Source: Thecamonas trahens ATCC 50062 (Eukaryota > Protista > Apusomonadida). Taken from it: a DNA stretch of 64,000 nucleotides. Of this stretch, positions 1 through 11,390 are shown one piece after another. The notes under the pieces were generated by a model. It was not told the DNA's origin. It was given only the letters and a program-made list of their open reading frames with translations, and ran no database searches. The stretch is taken from NCBI RefSeq assembly GCF_000142905.1, contig NW_013657659.1:408483-472482 (forward strand), read 5' to 3'. Position 1 is the first letter of the stretch. The number at the start of each line of letters is the position of its first letter. Both the position numbers and the translations under genes were made by a program.

Positions 1-2634
1 GGGGACGATGGTCGACTTTGTGCGCGCGTTCCGCGGCGAGAACGACAAGCTGACGCGGTTTGTGGACGCGTGCCTCCCCACGGTGGTTGTGGTGGCGACG
101 ACCGGCATGGGCGCCATTCACACCTTCCGCGATCTCTCGGGCCACGTGCAGATGCGAATTGGCGAGGGCCGTCTCTCGCCGTTGACCCAGGTGGGCATGG
201 TGGCGAACGACGTGGGCGCGATCTTTGCGGCATCGCCGCGGTCGAACAAGGAGTTTTCGGAGCACTCGCTGTCGGTGCGCGAGGCGGTTAGCCTGGGCCG
301 GTTTGTTGTTTCGCCGCTTGCGGAGCTCGCAGGCTTGTTTACGCGGCCGGAGCCGTCGTCGGAGGCTCTGCTCCTCAAGCTGCACCCGATGCAGTGGGCG
401 CTCAAGCGGGAGGTGCTCCTTGCGGGACTGGAGGACGTGATGGTGCGGACGGTGGCGCTTGTGGGTGCCGACGTCAACGACATGATGTATCACCCGCACT
501 TTGCAGGCGCGCTCAAGTTTGTGGCCGGACTCGGGCACCGCAAGGCGAATGCGCTGTATGAGACGATTGTGCGGTCGGGCGGGATCAAGGCGCGCGAGCA
601 GCTGCTGCGCGACTTTGGCGTCGAGCCTGTGGTCTACCGCAACATGGCCGGCTTCCTCAAGATGTCCAAGCTGAGGGTGGAGACGCAGTACCTGGAGTAC
701 GAGGTCGAGGCGCTGTCTGTAGAGACGACGCGGATCCATCCCGAGTGGTACCCGCTTGCGGAGCTGCTTGCGCGCGGCGCGCTCAACATGCCGATGACGG
801 AAACGGACGACTTTTACGACTACTGCGCAGACGTCATCAAGGATCCGGCGAGCCTGGACGTGGTGGACTACGAGGCGCTGGCGACGCAGCTGCGTGAGAA
901 GCGTGGCGAGGAGCTGCTGCAGCGGCTGCTTGTCATCCGCGCGGAGCTCAAGATGCCGTTCCGCGACTTGCGCGACGTGGTCAACGCCATGGGCCAGCGC
1001 ATTGCGGCATGGGCGTGGCCATCGCCGGTGCAGCTCTTTGAACTCCTCACCGGGTACTCGGCGTACAACCTGCCTGCGGGCTCGGTCATGCATGGCCGGG
1101 TGGTCCGCGTCCTGGACTCTGGACGGGCCAAGGTGGTGCTCGACAACGGGGTAGTTGGGTGGCTCTCGGTGGACGAGGGCATGTACTCTGGCGGCGCGCC
1201 CGCGGTCAACGAGGGCGCAGTTGTCAAGGCATACGTGCGCGACCTGCGGTACGAGACGTACGAGATTGAGCTCGGGCTGCAGGAGCCTGGCGAGGGCTTT
1301 ATTCCGCGCGACATGTACTTTGACGCAGCCGGCGAGGCGGCGGCGGAGGCCAAGTCGCACGAGGCCGAGTCTGCGGCGCGGCGGTATGTTTCGCGGGTCA
1401 TCACGCACGCTCTGTACAAGAACGTGACGTACAGCGGCGCGGTGCGGGCGATGGAGTCGGCGCATCCCGGCGACGTCATGTTCCGGCCGTCGTCCAAGGG
1501 CGTGGACAAGCTGACGCTGACGTGGAAGGTCTCGCGTGAGCTGCTGGCACACATCGAGGTGACTGAGCTCGACAAGGACCACCAAACGGCGCTGGGCAAG
1601 CGCTTGTTTATGCGCGGCGAGGAGTTTGAGGACCTCGACGAGATCGTGGCGACGTACGTGAACCGTGTGAGCGGGAACCTCTCGCGTTTGGTGGCCAACC
1701 AGTACTTTAAGTCAAGCCTCAAGACGCCGGCCGACGCTGCGGCGTACCTGACGACGCAGAAGGAGCGCAAGCCGCGCAAAATCCCGTACGTGTTTTATCA
1801 CCACCCCAAGTACCCGGGCGAGGTCGTGTCGCTTGCGTACATGCCGAACAAGCGGGCGCGTGTCGAGCGCGTCTTTATCACGCCCGACGGCTTCCGGTAC
1901 CGCAACCAGGTGTTTGAGTCGCCAAACAAGCTGCTCTACCACTTTAAGAAGCACTTTAACGAGCCGCCGCCGCAGGACGACCCGCTGCCGTCATCGGTTC
2001 CGCCCGAGCTCGCTGCCGCCGCAGCGACTGGTCCGGCGCCCATGGCGGTCGAGTCGGCTCCGCCCGCGCCCAAGCAGGATGCCCGCCTCTTCCCCACCGC
2101 CACCGCCGGCTCGTCGATGTACGCGTACTCGCAGGTCGCCGCCACTCGCGACGTGGCTCCGGCCGCCGCCGCCGCACAGGCAGCTCCGGCTGCGCCGTAC
2201 GGCGACTATGGCTCGCAGCAGCAGCCGGCTTACGCCTACTCGCAGACTTCATCGGCGGCAACAACCGCCTACAGTGGCATGCAGCAGGGCTACGGTGACC
2301 AGCAGCAGGGCTACGGTGGCCAGCAGCAGGGCTACGGTGGCCAGCAGCAGGGCTACGGTGGCCAGCAGCAGGGCTACGGTGGCATGCAGCAGGGCTACGG
2401 TGGTCAGCAGGAGGGCTACGGTGGTCAGCAGGAGGGCTACGGTGGCATGCAGCAGGGCTACGGTGGTCAGCAGCAGGGCTACGGTGGTCAGCAGCAGGGC
2501 TACGGTGGTCAGCAGGGCTACGGTGGCATGCAGCAGGGCTACGGTGATCAGCAGCAGGGCTACGGTGGTCAGCAGCAGCAGGGCTACGGTGGTCAGCAGC
2601 AGGGTTACGGTGACCCACAGCAGGGCTATGGTGG

Positions 2635-2670
<36 letters not shown>

Positions 2671-2689
2671 GTATGGCCATGTCCAGTGA
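1..2689 (+). CDS. SPT6: Transcription elongation factor/histone chaperone Spt6, 5'-truncated by the window edge (YqgF/HhH, S1 and tandem SH2 regions, plus a Q/G/Y-rich tail)
   Basis: Translation shows Spt6 hallmarks: AVSLGR..PLAE, LKLHPMQ, VGADVN, LKFVAGLGHRKA (HhH), TRIHPEWYPLA, S1 region, RVITHALYKN, FRPSSKGVDKLTLTWKV and EFEDLDEIVATYV (SH2), ITPDGFRYRNQVF. Confidence 0.93.
2288..2668 (+). repeat. Coding 21-bp tandem repeat, 17 units of GYGGQQQ-type heptads ending in poly-Q
   Basis: Repeated ggctacggtgg(c/t)cagcagcag units seen directly; 17 GYG starts counted in the translation. Confidence 0.97.
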
Positions 2690-2800
2690 TGAAAAATTGC
2701 TCATGGGATCATTGGGGAGGGAGGGGGTAGGGGTAGTGGCGGCGGGCAGCGAGTGCGGCGAGAGCAAGACGTATCTCGCAACAAGACAGACCTGACTGGC

Positions 2801-4290
2801 ATGCCTTGGATCGAGGTGGTGGTGCGGGCTCCTGGTCTCCCTCCAGGTGTAGCAGACTCTGCGCAGGTGTTTGTAGCCAACACCAAGACGGTATGAGTGG
2901 CAGAGGAGGGGTGGGGTGGGGGGGGGGGAGGGGGGGCGACATGGGGCGACATGGAGCGACATGGGGCGACATGGGGCGACATGGGGCGACATGGCTGACA
3001 CAGGGCGTACATGGGGGGGGATGGCCGCTTGGTGTCCAGGTCAACGAGCAGCTTGGGGATATCGCATGTGGACTGGTGGCGGGCGGGACGGGAGGTGGCG
3101 AGGCTGCGACGGCAAGGGGAAGGAAGAGCAAGGCAACGCCGGAGGAACTGGTGGCGGCAGTGCTGGAGAGCTGCGAGTTATGGCATGGCATGGAGGAGGA
3201 TGGTGCGGCGGTGCCAGCTTGGATCAAGGGCTCAAAGTTGGTGACAAGGCAGATCAATGGCAATCGTTGTCCGTATCAGATCCCGCTCCGCCCGGGCGCA
3301 CGGCTGGTCTTTGCAGAGCCAGCAGGCGCAGCAGCTAGCGCCGGCAAGGGCAAGGCTAGCATGAGGGAGGATGACAAGCTCTCCGAGCCGCTGTCGGATG
3401 ATGACTTGGAGGAGGCGCCGCGGCAATCGATGGACGAGGGCGCCGGGCAAAGTGAAGCGGCGCGGCGGACAAATCCCTACAAGCGGCGGCGACAGCGACG
3501 GTGCGTCGGATGCGCACGGACGGTGCACGGCTTTGACAAACGAGTCGAGGTGGCCGGTGCCCGCGGCGAGCAGTGGCTCTTCCATCCGCAGTGCTTCACC
3601 TGCTCGGTCTGCTTTGTGGTCCTCGACGCCGGCTCGCCCGCGACGTGGGTGCTCGATGCCGAGACCGGCAAGATTGTGTGCATCGGGCGCGAGGCGGCAC
3701 ACGTGGAGCTGCCGCGCAAGGTTGCGGCGCGGAGCACTGAAGCAGCGGTTGCGACGTGCACCAAGTGCAAGGCGCCGGTCTTTCGTTTTGAGCAGGCAGT
3801 GGTTGGCGCCGACGACGAGTGCGGCTTGTGCCAGGCTGTGGGAGTGGCGAGCAAGCTGGAGCTCGCGGATGGGGCAGCAGTGGCGCATGCGCGGTGCTGC
3901 GTGTGTCGGCTTTGCGCGCGGCCGCTGGAGTTTGGCGCCGACGGGCAAATGGCGTGCGGAGTCGAGTGCGATGTGGCGGCTGCGGCCGGCGAGGAGGCGC
4001 GAGCGGCAGCGGCCGCGCACAACTCGGCCGCGAGCAAGTGTCCCGAGTGCCGGCGGCCGGTCTTTGGCTTTGACGCGGCCGTAGAGCTCCGCGGAGCGTG
4101 CAAGGTGTGGAACCGGCAGACACAGCGTGAGAGCGGACTGCAGGCTGTGGCGATCCACGTGGCGTGCTTTACCTGCCGCGAGTGCTTCAAGCCGCTTCCT
4201 GTGGGCAGCAACGGTGTGGTGGAGGCGGCGCATCGCGACGACGTAACGTGCGCGGGGTGTGTGGAGCGGCGGGAGACAAAGACCAGATGA
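2801..4290 (+). CDS. LIM-domain (zinc-finger) protein with three LIM-like units; exons 2801-2890 and 3040-4290
   Basis: ATG at 2801. Donor gtatga at 2891, branch-like gctgac at 2994-2999 and acceptor tccag at 3039 give an in-frame join. Three CxxC...HxxCxxCxxC motifs (CVGC..FHPQCFTCSVC; CTKC..HARCCVCRLC; CPEC..IHVACFTCREC..CAGC). Confidence 0.8.
2933..2992. repeat. Intronic 10-bp minisatellite (ggggcgacat)x6
   Basis: Six units seen directly, one with a g>a change, inside the inferred LIM-gene intron. Confidence 0.95.
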
Positions 4291-4317
4291 AGGCGGTTTA
4301 TGTGTGGGGCCGGACAA

Positions 4318-4974
4318 TTACGAGAGGGTGCCAAACTTGTTCGAAGTGCGGAGGCGGAGGTGAGCCGGGCGGGTGTCGACCCAGCCGCCGGCGGAGCGAG
4401 CGGGCATAGCGGCACCGCCGCGGCGGCGGCGGCCACTGCCGACGACAGAAAAGCCGTCGTTAATGTCGGCTTGGATGTCGACGTCCTTGGCGGCGGCGAG
4501 GGTGGGGAAGGCGGCGGTGGAGAGCTCGGTCTCCGACTCTGCAGGAGCGGCCGGGGTGGCCCAGCCAGTCTTGCGGACCGGGGCGGCAGCCTCTTCCACC
4601 TCGTCAGTGTCAGCCTCGGGAGCATCGATGGGGGCATCCATAGGATGGAGAGTGATGTCGTCGTCGACGACATCCTCCTCGACCTCCTCTGCAGCCTCTG
4701 CGGCGAGGGTGGAGAAACCGACGACGGAACGCGAGCTGGCGTGGACGACCGGCCCGGTGTTCTCATCAGGCTCCTCAACCCAGCCAGCAGAGGAGATGAG
4801 CTCCTCAGCACGAGCGTTGGCTTCCAGAGCCACAGCAGCCTGTGCGTCCATCTCCACCTCCTCCTCCATGGCAATGGCCGAGGCGGCAGCAAGGTTGATC
4901 TTCACGGGCTTGAACTTCTTCCCGGTCGCCTTCTTGGCAAAGAACGAGCTGAGCTTGGTCTTGTTGTCGGACAT
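4318..4974 (-). CDS. CDV3-like protein (218 aa)
   Basis: N-terminal LSSFFAKK plus basic patch, acidic middle, FPTLAAAK motif and terminal SNKFGTL resemble the conserved blocks of the CDV3 family. Recognised from memory; needs an HMM check. Confidence 0.6.
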   Translation of the reverse strand: MSDNKTKLSSFFAKKATGKKFKPVKINLAAASAIAMEEEVEMDAQAAVALEANARAEELISSAGWVEEPDENTGPVVHASSRSVVGFSTLAAEAAEEVEEDVVDDDITLHPMDAPIDAPEADTDEVEEAAAPVRKTGWATPAAPAESETELSTAAFPTLAAAKDVDIQADINDGFSVVGSGRRRRGGAAMPARSAGGWVDTRPAHLRLRTSNKFGTLS

Positions 4975-6374
4975 GGTATCCAGTCTGGTCAGTCTTGAGT
5001 AACAAAGGTAGTAGACGGTGCCGTTACGGCGGGGTAGCGGTACGAGGGGGGGACGGGGGGAGAGGGGGTGGGGGGGGGTGGGCGAGAAAAGGGTCGCAAA
5101 GAGCCTTTGAATAATCTCACCAAAAGTGTGAGAAGAGCGAGCAGGGGTTCGGCTTGGGTATGGGCAAGATAATAGCCGAAGGAGGAGGGGGGATGAGGTG
5201 GGTGACGGGGAGGGTGGCAGAAACGCCCGGACGGTCCGACTGGTGCTAAGCTTGGTCTTGAAGCTGCCTTTGGTGGGGTGTTGTCGCCTCTCGACGTGTC
5301 TGCCTCGGCCACATGGGATCACCGTCACGATCAACATCGGTGGCAATCGTGATCGTGATCGTGATCGTGATCTTGTTATCGGTGCTGGCAACCGGGTGCT
5401 GAGAAGGGAGGAGAGGGGGGGGGGCATATATATATTTATATATATGTATACTAGCCGGTACTACGTCATGTCTCCGACCATTGCTGCCACCTTGAGCCCG
5501 CACAAGCCCGCACAATGCCTTTGACAGCTTGTACGTGTTGTTTTGGAGTTGTGGTGGGTGTGCCTGAGATGTGCTCTGGTGGCCGACGCTCACCGCTGCT
5601 GAGCACACATCATCAACATGTGGCACAGGTAAACGTGGCACAGGTACACGTGGCCCAGGTACGCCTGCTGTCCTCGTCATACCATTTCAAGACCGACATC
5701 GAGAAGGAGTCATCCGGCCAGTCGACCGATGATCTCCCGGAAGGAACCACACCCCGTCTCGCCACACTCGATGGCATCGGTATGGTCCGCATCAAGTCAT
5801 TCGACGGAGAGATTCGTTGAGAAGGCGCGCCAACTCGTCTCCGGTCGCCCCGCGCCAGGCACAGCCATTACCCCACATCCGAACGATATATAGAGCGAGA
5901 GCACCAGAGATAGAGAGAGAGAGGAAGAGAGTGTGTGTGTGTCACACCAAGACCAAGTCTACGTACTCGCCACCACCGCCACCAACCACCCCTGCTGCAC
6001 CAGCCCACCCCGGCCTCTCCCCCCCCCCCCCTCCCGTATCCCAGGGGGAACAGACATCGGCTGGCAGGGACGACATCATCCACCCACACAGCCAGCAACT
6101 GGAAGAAGTCGAGACGGTGCTGGAAATTGCGCAGATCGCACAGTCATCGGCTTTGTACTTGCGTCGTCTTTCGCTTCTCCGTGGCGTGGTCAGACCCGTG
6201 GCGCCAGGTGGTGCTGCTCTGGTACTCGGCGTTGGCTGGTGACACAGCTGCTGACAGATACCGCACGGCGCAGCAAGAGGTGCAACGACAAGCACAAGGC
6301 TCATACTCGCTGACAGAAGGGGACATCGGCTCGCTGAGAGGAGAAGACAGTTGCTGAGCTGAAATCGTTCGGCC

Positions 6375-8642
6375 ATGTCGTCTTTCTCATCGCTCTCGCC
6401 GCTCTCGGCCTACCCGCCGAGTCAGACAGAGAGTCCGTACGCGAGGGATGGAGGGCGTGGATTCCATCGGGGCTCTGGCGAGGAAGCGCGGCACTGGCAG
6501 CGTGACGAGTATGGGTACGACGGCGGCCACCGTTGCGGCGCGTCGGTGGCAAGCGCAGCATCGGGCACAAGCTACGGCGACTCGTTCCGCCGCCGCCAGA
6601 TCCACTCGCGCGCCAACTCGATCGAGTCCAATCGTTCGGTCATGTCCGCCAGAACAGAGTCCGGTCGGACCTCGCGAGAGATGTACCGCGAGGCAGCCGA
6701 GCGTCGCCGCCGAGCCGCGCGCCGGAAGCAGGCCGCGCGCCGCAAGGCTATGGCCGAGGAGCGGGCGCTGCTCGAGGAGCGTCGCGCGCGTAAGGAGGCG
6801 TACTACGTCGGCAACGTGTCGATGGCATCCGCAGCGTCGCGGCACGATGCGTCGATGCGGTCCCAGGCTTCCCAGGCGTCGACAGCGTCGCGGCCGCACT
6901 CGCGCGTCCTCTCACGGCGAGCGTCGTCGCGGACGTGGTCACGAGCACCGTCGCGCGCCCGCTCCCGCGACGGCTCCATCCCGGCCTGGAACGCCCGGCA
7001 AGGCTCCCAGCTTGCTGACGCCTACGCCGACGACGCCATGATTAGCCAGCTGCTGGCCATGCCGTCGTCGTCGCGCCCGTCGTCGCGCGCCTCGTCATTG
7101 GCGTCGGCGCCGTCGGTCGCCATCCCATCCCGCCGTGGCCCACTGAGGGCCCCGCGCCGGGCCAACGCGCTGTCAGCGCTCATCGGCGACGGCCACGCAT
7201 CGCCCAAGGCCTCGCCCAAGCGGTACGCTGGCTACCGATCCGACTCGTCGTCGGATGAGAGCGGCGACAACGGGTCTGCTGGCATGCCGTCGGTCTGCGC
7301 ACCCAGCCCGCGCCTCGCGCCGCGATACTCGCAACCACGCGAGACCGCGGCCGAGCCGCAGCTCCACCGCGAGCACGACAGCGGTGGTTACGCCAGCAGA
7401 GGGCAGGCGCATCGCGGCGGGGCTGGGCGTCCAAGTTCCGCCACCGCGCGTGCTGCCGCGCTCGACCGGCTGCGAGAGAAGGAGCGCCGGCGGTCGCTGG
7501 CCAAGGTCTCGGCCGACCAGTTCAAGGTGCCAGAGCGGCGGCCGGCACCGGCCGCACCACCGCGAGTCGTCTCCGAGTTCAAGGCTTCGCAACTCGCCGA
7601 GCAGTACTTTACCCGCCACGAGCCGATGGTGCCCGAGCTTCAGGACAAGGTCGGCCTTGCAGCCCGGCCTTCGACCGCCGAGCTCGCCGCCAAGATGCAG
7701 GGCTACGACAGAAGCGAGGTGCAGAAGCTCGCTCGCCGCGCCAGTGCGCAGCCGCGGTCCATCGTCCGTGCCGCAGGCACCCTCCGCGGCATCGTGCCCG
7801 AGACCGAGCTCTCACACGAGGAGGAGCGCATCCTCAAGTCGATTGCGCGTCTCAATCTTGAGCTCGAGAAGGCCCGCGCCGAGGGCAGCCGCACCGAGAG
7901 CGCTCGCGGCTCCGAGGCCCCGGTCGACTCGCGCCAGCACCCGCGCCAGCGCCCGCGCCAGCTGCGACGCCCTCGCGCCACCGCCCGCCGCCCACGTAAC
8001 TCGCCGCTGCCCGGCCCGCTTCCGCCGACCCGTGCTGACTCTGCGACCAGCTCGCAGCGATTCGAGTCGCCGCGGCTGGCGTCGCCGGCGCTGTCGTCGG
8101 CTAGGTCGTCGGGTGCGCCATCGCGGGCCTCGTCGCACCGCCCCTCGCGCGCGCGTTCTGCGCGATCCCTGACATCCGCCGCGTCGTCGCGGTCGACAGC
8201 ATCGTCAACATCGTCGTACGCAGCGCGGATGATGCGCCGCAAAAAGGTCGGCGTCGCTGCGGCGTCGGGCCTCCCGCAGCGCGGCATTCGCCGCGGCGGT
8301 TCACGCTGGCGGGTGCCGTCGGTCTCGGACGCTCGCGTCTCGGCCGCTCGAGCGTCGGGCGCTCCGGCCCGCACGCTCCCGCCAATGCCGACCGCCGCAG
8401 CCGAGCTCTCGCGGGCCTCGCCGCGGCACAAGCCCATCATCAAGCCGCGCCACCGCCCTCCACGCCGCATGCCGCCAGCTATGGCCTCTCCCGAGCCGGC
8501 GGTGCCATCGCCGGCCCGCCCACTCCTGTCGTCGTCCGACGACGACTCGCCGCTTCCGCCGCCGGCAGACAAGCCAGCCGTTGTCCACGTCCGCGAGTCA
8601 AAGCGTTCGTTGGTGGCTCGGCTGTTCGGCAACGCCGGCTAG
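6375..8642 (+). CDS. Hypothetical Ser/Arg/Ala-rich disordered protein with short coiled-coil segments (755 aa)
   Basis: Long ATG-initiated ORF with host-like GC3-rich codons; coiled-coil-like EEERILKSIARLNLELEKAR; no family recognised. Confidence 0.7.
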   Translation: MSSFSSLSPLSAYPPSQTESPYARDGGRGFHRGSGEEARHWQRDEYGYDGGHRCGASVASAASGTSYGDSFRRRQIHSRANSIESNRSVMSARTESGRTSREMYREAAERRRRAARRKQAARRKAMAEERALLEERRARKEAYYVGNVSMASAASRHDASMRSQASQASTASRPHSRVLSRRASSRTWSRAPSRARSRDGSIPAWNARQGSQLADAYADDAMISQLLAMPSSSRPSSRASSLASAPSVAIPSRRGPLRAPRRANALSALIGDGHASPKASPKRYAGYRSDSSSDESGDNGSAGMPSVCAPSPRLAPRYSQPRETAAEPQLHREHDSGGYASRGQAHRGGAGRPSSATARAAALDRLREKERRRSLAKVSADQFKVPERRPAPAAPPRVVSEFKASQLAEQYFTRHEPMVPELQDKVGLAARPSTAELAAKMQGYDRSEVQKLARRASAQPRSIVRAAGTLRGIVPETELSHEEERILKSIARLNLELEKARAEGSRTESARGSEAPVDSRQHPRQRPRQLRRPRATARRPRNSPLPGPLPPTRADSATSSQRFESPRLASPALSSARSSGAPSRASSHRPSRARSARSLTSAASSRSTASSTSSYAARMMRRKKVGVAAASGLPQRGIRRGGSRWRVPSVSDARVSAARASGAPARTLPPMPTAAAELSRASPRHKPIIKPRHRPPRRMPPAMASPEPAVPSPARPLLSSSDDDSPLPPPADKPAVVHVRESKRSLVARLFGNAG

Positions 8643-9172
8643 GCCTTGTCCTCAGCCTGAGCTTCGGCCTTGGCCTTGGCCTGCCGCTCGATGCGGGCTT
8701 TGAGCGCCTCGAGCGTCGACTCGAGCTCGTTGGCGTGGTCGGCCACATACTCCAGCGCATCGGCTCCGTCCAGCTTTCGCAGCTCCTTGCCCTTGGCCTT
8801 CAGAATGGCCTCGAGCGTGCCAGGCGGGGCGCCGGACCCGCCGGCGTCGGTCCAGCCGAGGTTGTCGGCGACGAGATGGTGCGACTGGCAGCCATCGCAG
8901 CGGACGAGCACCACACCATGGTGGTAGGCATGCCTGGAAAAGGTCTTGGCCGACCGTGTCTCACACACATCGCAGGTAAAGACCATCATCAGCGTCCCGT
9001 CAGGGTCATCCACCGCCCCGCCGTCGCCGCTCCCGCCAGCCAGCGACGAGCTGAGCCGAGCCGCCCGCCGCCAAGTCGCCGCAGCCCCGCCGGCCGCCAC
9101 CACACCCACATTCGCCTGCCGCAGCATCCTCTGCATCCCGCTCACCACCCGAGCGCCAAGAATACGCAGCAT
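8639..9172 (-). CDS. DNLZ: DNL-type zinc-finger protein (Zim17/Tim15/Hep1 mitochondrial Hsp70 escort) with a mitochondrial presequence-like N-terminus
   Basis: FTCDVCETRSAKTFSRHAYHHGVVLVRCDGCQSHHLVADNLGW is the zf-DNL signature; the N-terminus is Arg-rich and acid-free. Confidence 0.93.
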   Translation of the reverse strand: MLRILGARVVSGMQRMLRQANVGVVAAGGAAATWRRAARLSSSLAGGSGDGGAVDDPDGTLMMVFTCDVCETRSAKTFSRHAYHHGVVLVRCDGCQSHHLVADNLGWTDAGGSGAPPGTLEAILKAKGKELRKLDGADALEYVADHANELESTLEALKARIERQAKAKAEAQAEDKA

Positions 9173-9587
9173 GACTCGCTCGACCCAAGTGTGTACGCGT
9201 CAACTGTTGACGCTGGCAGGCCAATCTCCTGGTCGCTGGCGGTCGAGTCGGGCCGACGAGACACGAGCGAGGGATCCAATTTGTCGCGCCGGCAGGGAGG
9301 ACTGGAAGTAGCCTAGTGTGAGCATGTAGATAGCAAGGCAAACGGATTTTTGTGATCACGTTAAAGGTAGTGGGTTGAGGCTGTTGGCGGGAGAAGAAAG
9401 AGATCAAAGGTCCTGGGCAGGTTTTGCAGGTGGGAAAGTGCGTGACGGAGGGTGGCGGAAAGAGAGGAGCGAAAATCGGAGATCACGCTGCGTTGGCATA
9501 GTAAACATGGCCAGACATGCTGGTGGGGGGCAGAAGCAACCAGGTCAGACGAGAGGCGGCGGCTTTATCGAGCTCATAACGTGCAGG

Positions 9588-11359
9588 CTACGGATCGCGA
9601 GGAGTAAGCGAAGGAGTGCGGGCGCCACCGCGGATGTTGAGAGCGATGGAGCCAGAGATTGAGCCGGTGACCAGACCGCCCTTGAGCAGGCGGAGCGAGA
9701 ACGGGGCATCGGGCGCGGTTTCGTCGTCGTCAGGGAGGCGGATGTGCGGGCCGAGCGGGAGTTTGGCCTCACCGCGGGAGGTGCCGGATTTTGCGTCGAT
9801 GACGGCGAGGATGATGGACTGCTTGGCGATAAAGTCGGGCTCTGAGAGCGAGGGCCGGAGGAGCGGCAGCGAGTCGCCGTCCCAGTGCGGCTCCCATGAC
9901 TTTTTGACGACCGACGAGCGAAGGCCGAGCGAGTGCGAGCCCGGGAGGAAGGGAGCCCAGACGGCGAGGAACGAGTCACCCGGCTTGGCCTTTGAGGCCG
10001 GCTGGACGAGGGAGACCGAGATGTCTGAGAGGAGGAGGGCGCAAGGGAGGGCGACGCGGTCCCAGTGCTCGGGACGGTAGGGGACCTGGACCGAGACGGT
10101 GAAGAGGGCAGAGACCGGGGCGTGGTCCGAGGTCATGATGGACTTGCAGTCGGTAAAGTAGACGAGGTCGGGCTGGTACGTCGGAGACTCGCACTTCCAC
10201 ATGATGCGGTCGCACCAGGCTGGGATGCGCGGGTGTTTGCCGGCGGCGTACGTCCTTGTGTTGCGAGCGTACTTGTAGGTGCAGGGAAAGTCAAGCGTGG
10301 CTTCAGTAAAGCCGACAAAGGCGGCGTCTGCGGCGATCTGGGCCTGGAGCTGGTCGTTGGCAAAGAGGACGTCCCACGAGCGGAGGAGGTTGAACTCGAT
10401 GACAGCATCGCGTGGGAGTTCGATGCGGTAGTTGAGGTCGCCGCACCAAAAGACGTAGTCAGCGACGTTTGTGATGTCAAACTCCTTGTTGGTACCAAGG
10501 CGGAGGCCTGCGACGATGTTGGCGTAGTCTGCGTTGCGCTCGGCAATCTTGGACTGGTGCGCGGCAAGGTGGGCGCCGATGAAGCAGAACGAGGTCTCGA
10601 AAAAGTTGAACGAGACAGCAACGCCGCCCTTGTTGCCTGCCACGTTGGCAATGCCTGTGGCGACCTTGGAGAACTCGACGTCCATGATCTTGTTGTAGTG
10701 GCAGGAGCGGACGGCGACGACAAGGCGAATCTCCCACAGCGAGTGCTTGCAAAGGACGACATATCCGGGGCCCAGCGCCTCTTGGACGTAGTCGTACCAG
10801 TGGTCGCGCGTCTCGCAGGGGATTTTCTTGCCGTGGGCGTCGAGTGGGACGTACTTGCACTCTTGGACGCAAAAGGCGTACATGTCGTGCTCGCCGGTCG
10901 GTAGGTAGTCGCCGAGCGAGTCGGGTGGTGGCGCATTGCCCATGTTCCACGAGCCGACCCAGACCGAGAGCGGGAACGAGAGCTGGCCAATCTTATTGCC
11001 AGCGTCAATGTGGGTGGCCCAAAGGGTCTCGTACACAAGGTCGCGCCACGACGGTGAGAGGCAGAGGACGGTGTACGTCGGCGTCTTGCCCTCAAACACA
11101 ATGTAGAGCTTGTTGGCGTCGGACTTGCACTTTTCGAACCGCCACACGTCGGCGGCGCGGAGCTCCTTTCGCTTCTCGCCCTTGCGGCGGGTCTGGATGA
11201 TGGCAAACGATTGCCGCTTGATGTTGACCTCGAGGACCCGCGGCTTAAAGCCCTTGAAAAAGCCCGAGCCCTTGAGGACGTACACGTCAAAACGCTGGAT
11301 CGACTTGGCCTCGGTCCGCCGGACTCGGGTCTCGGCGAGCGGCACGACCGGCGAGGCGT

Positions 11360-11390
<31 letters not shown>

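Noticed and set aside
5468-6357. Possible small spliced gene, including a 15-bp x3 repeat containing CAG|GTA at about 5616-5661
   Set aside because: No consistent exon chain or recognisable protein could be built on either strand; it needs RNA data.
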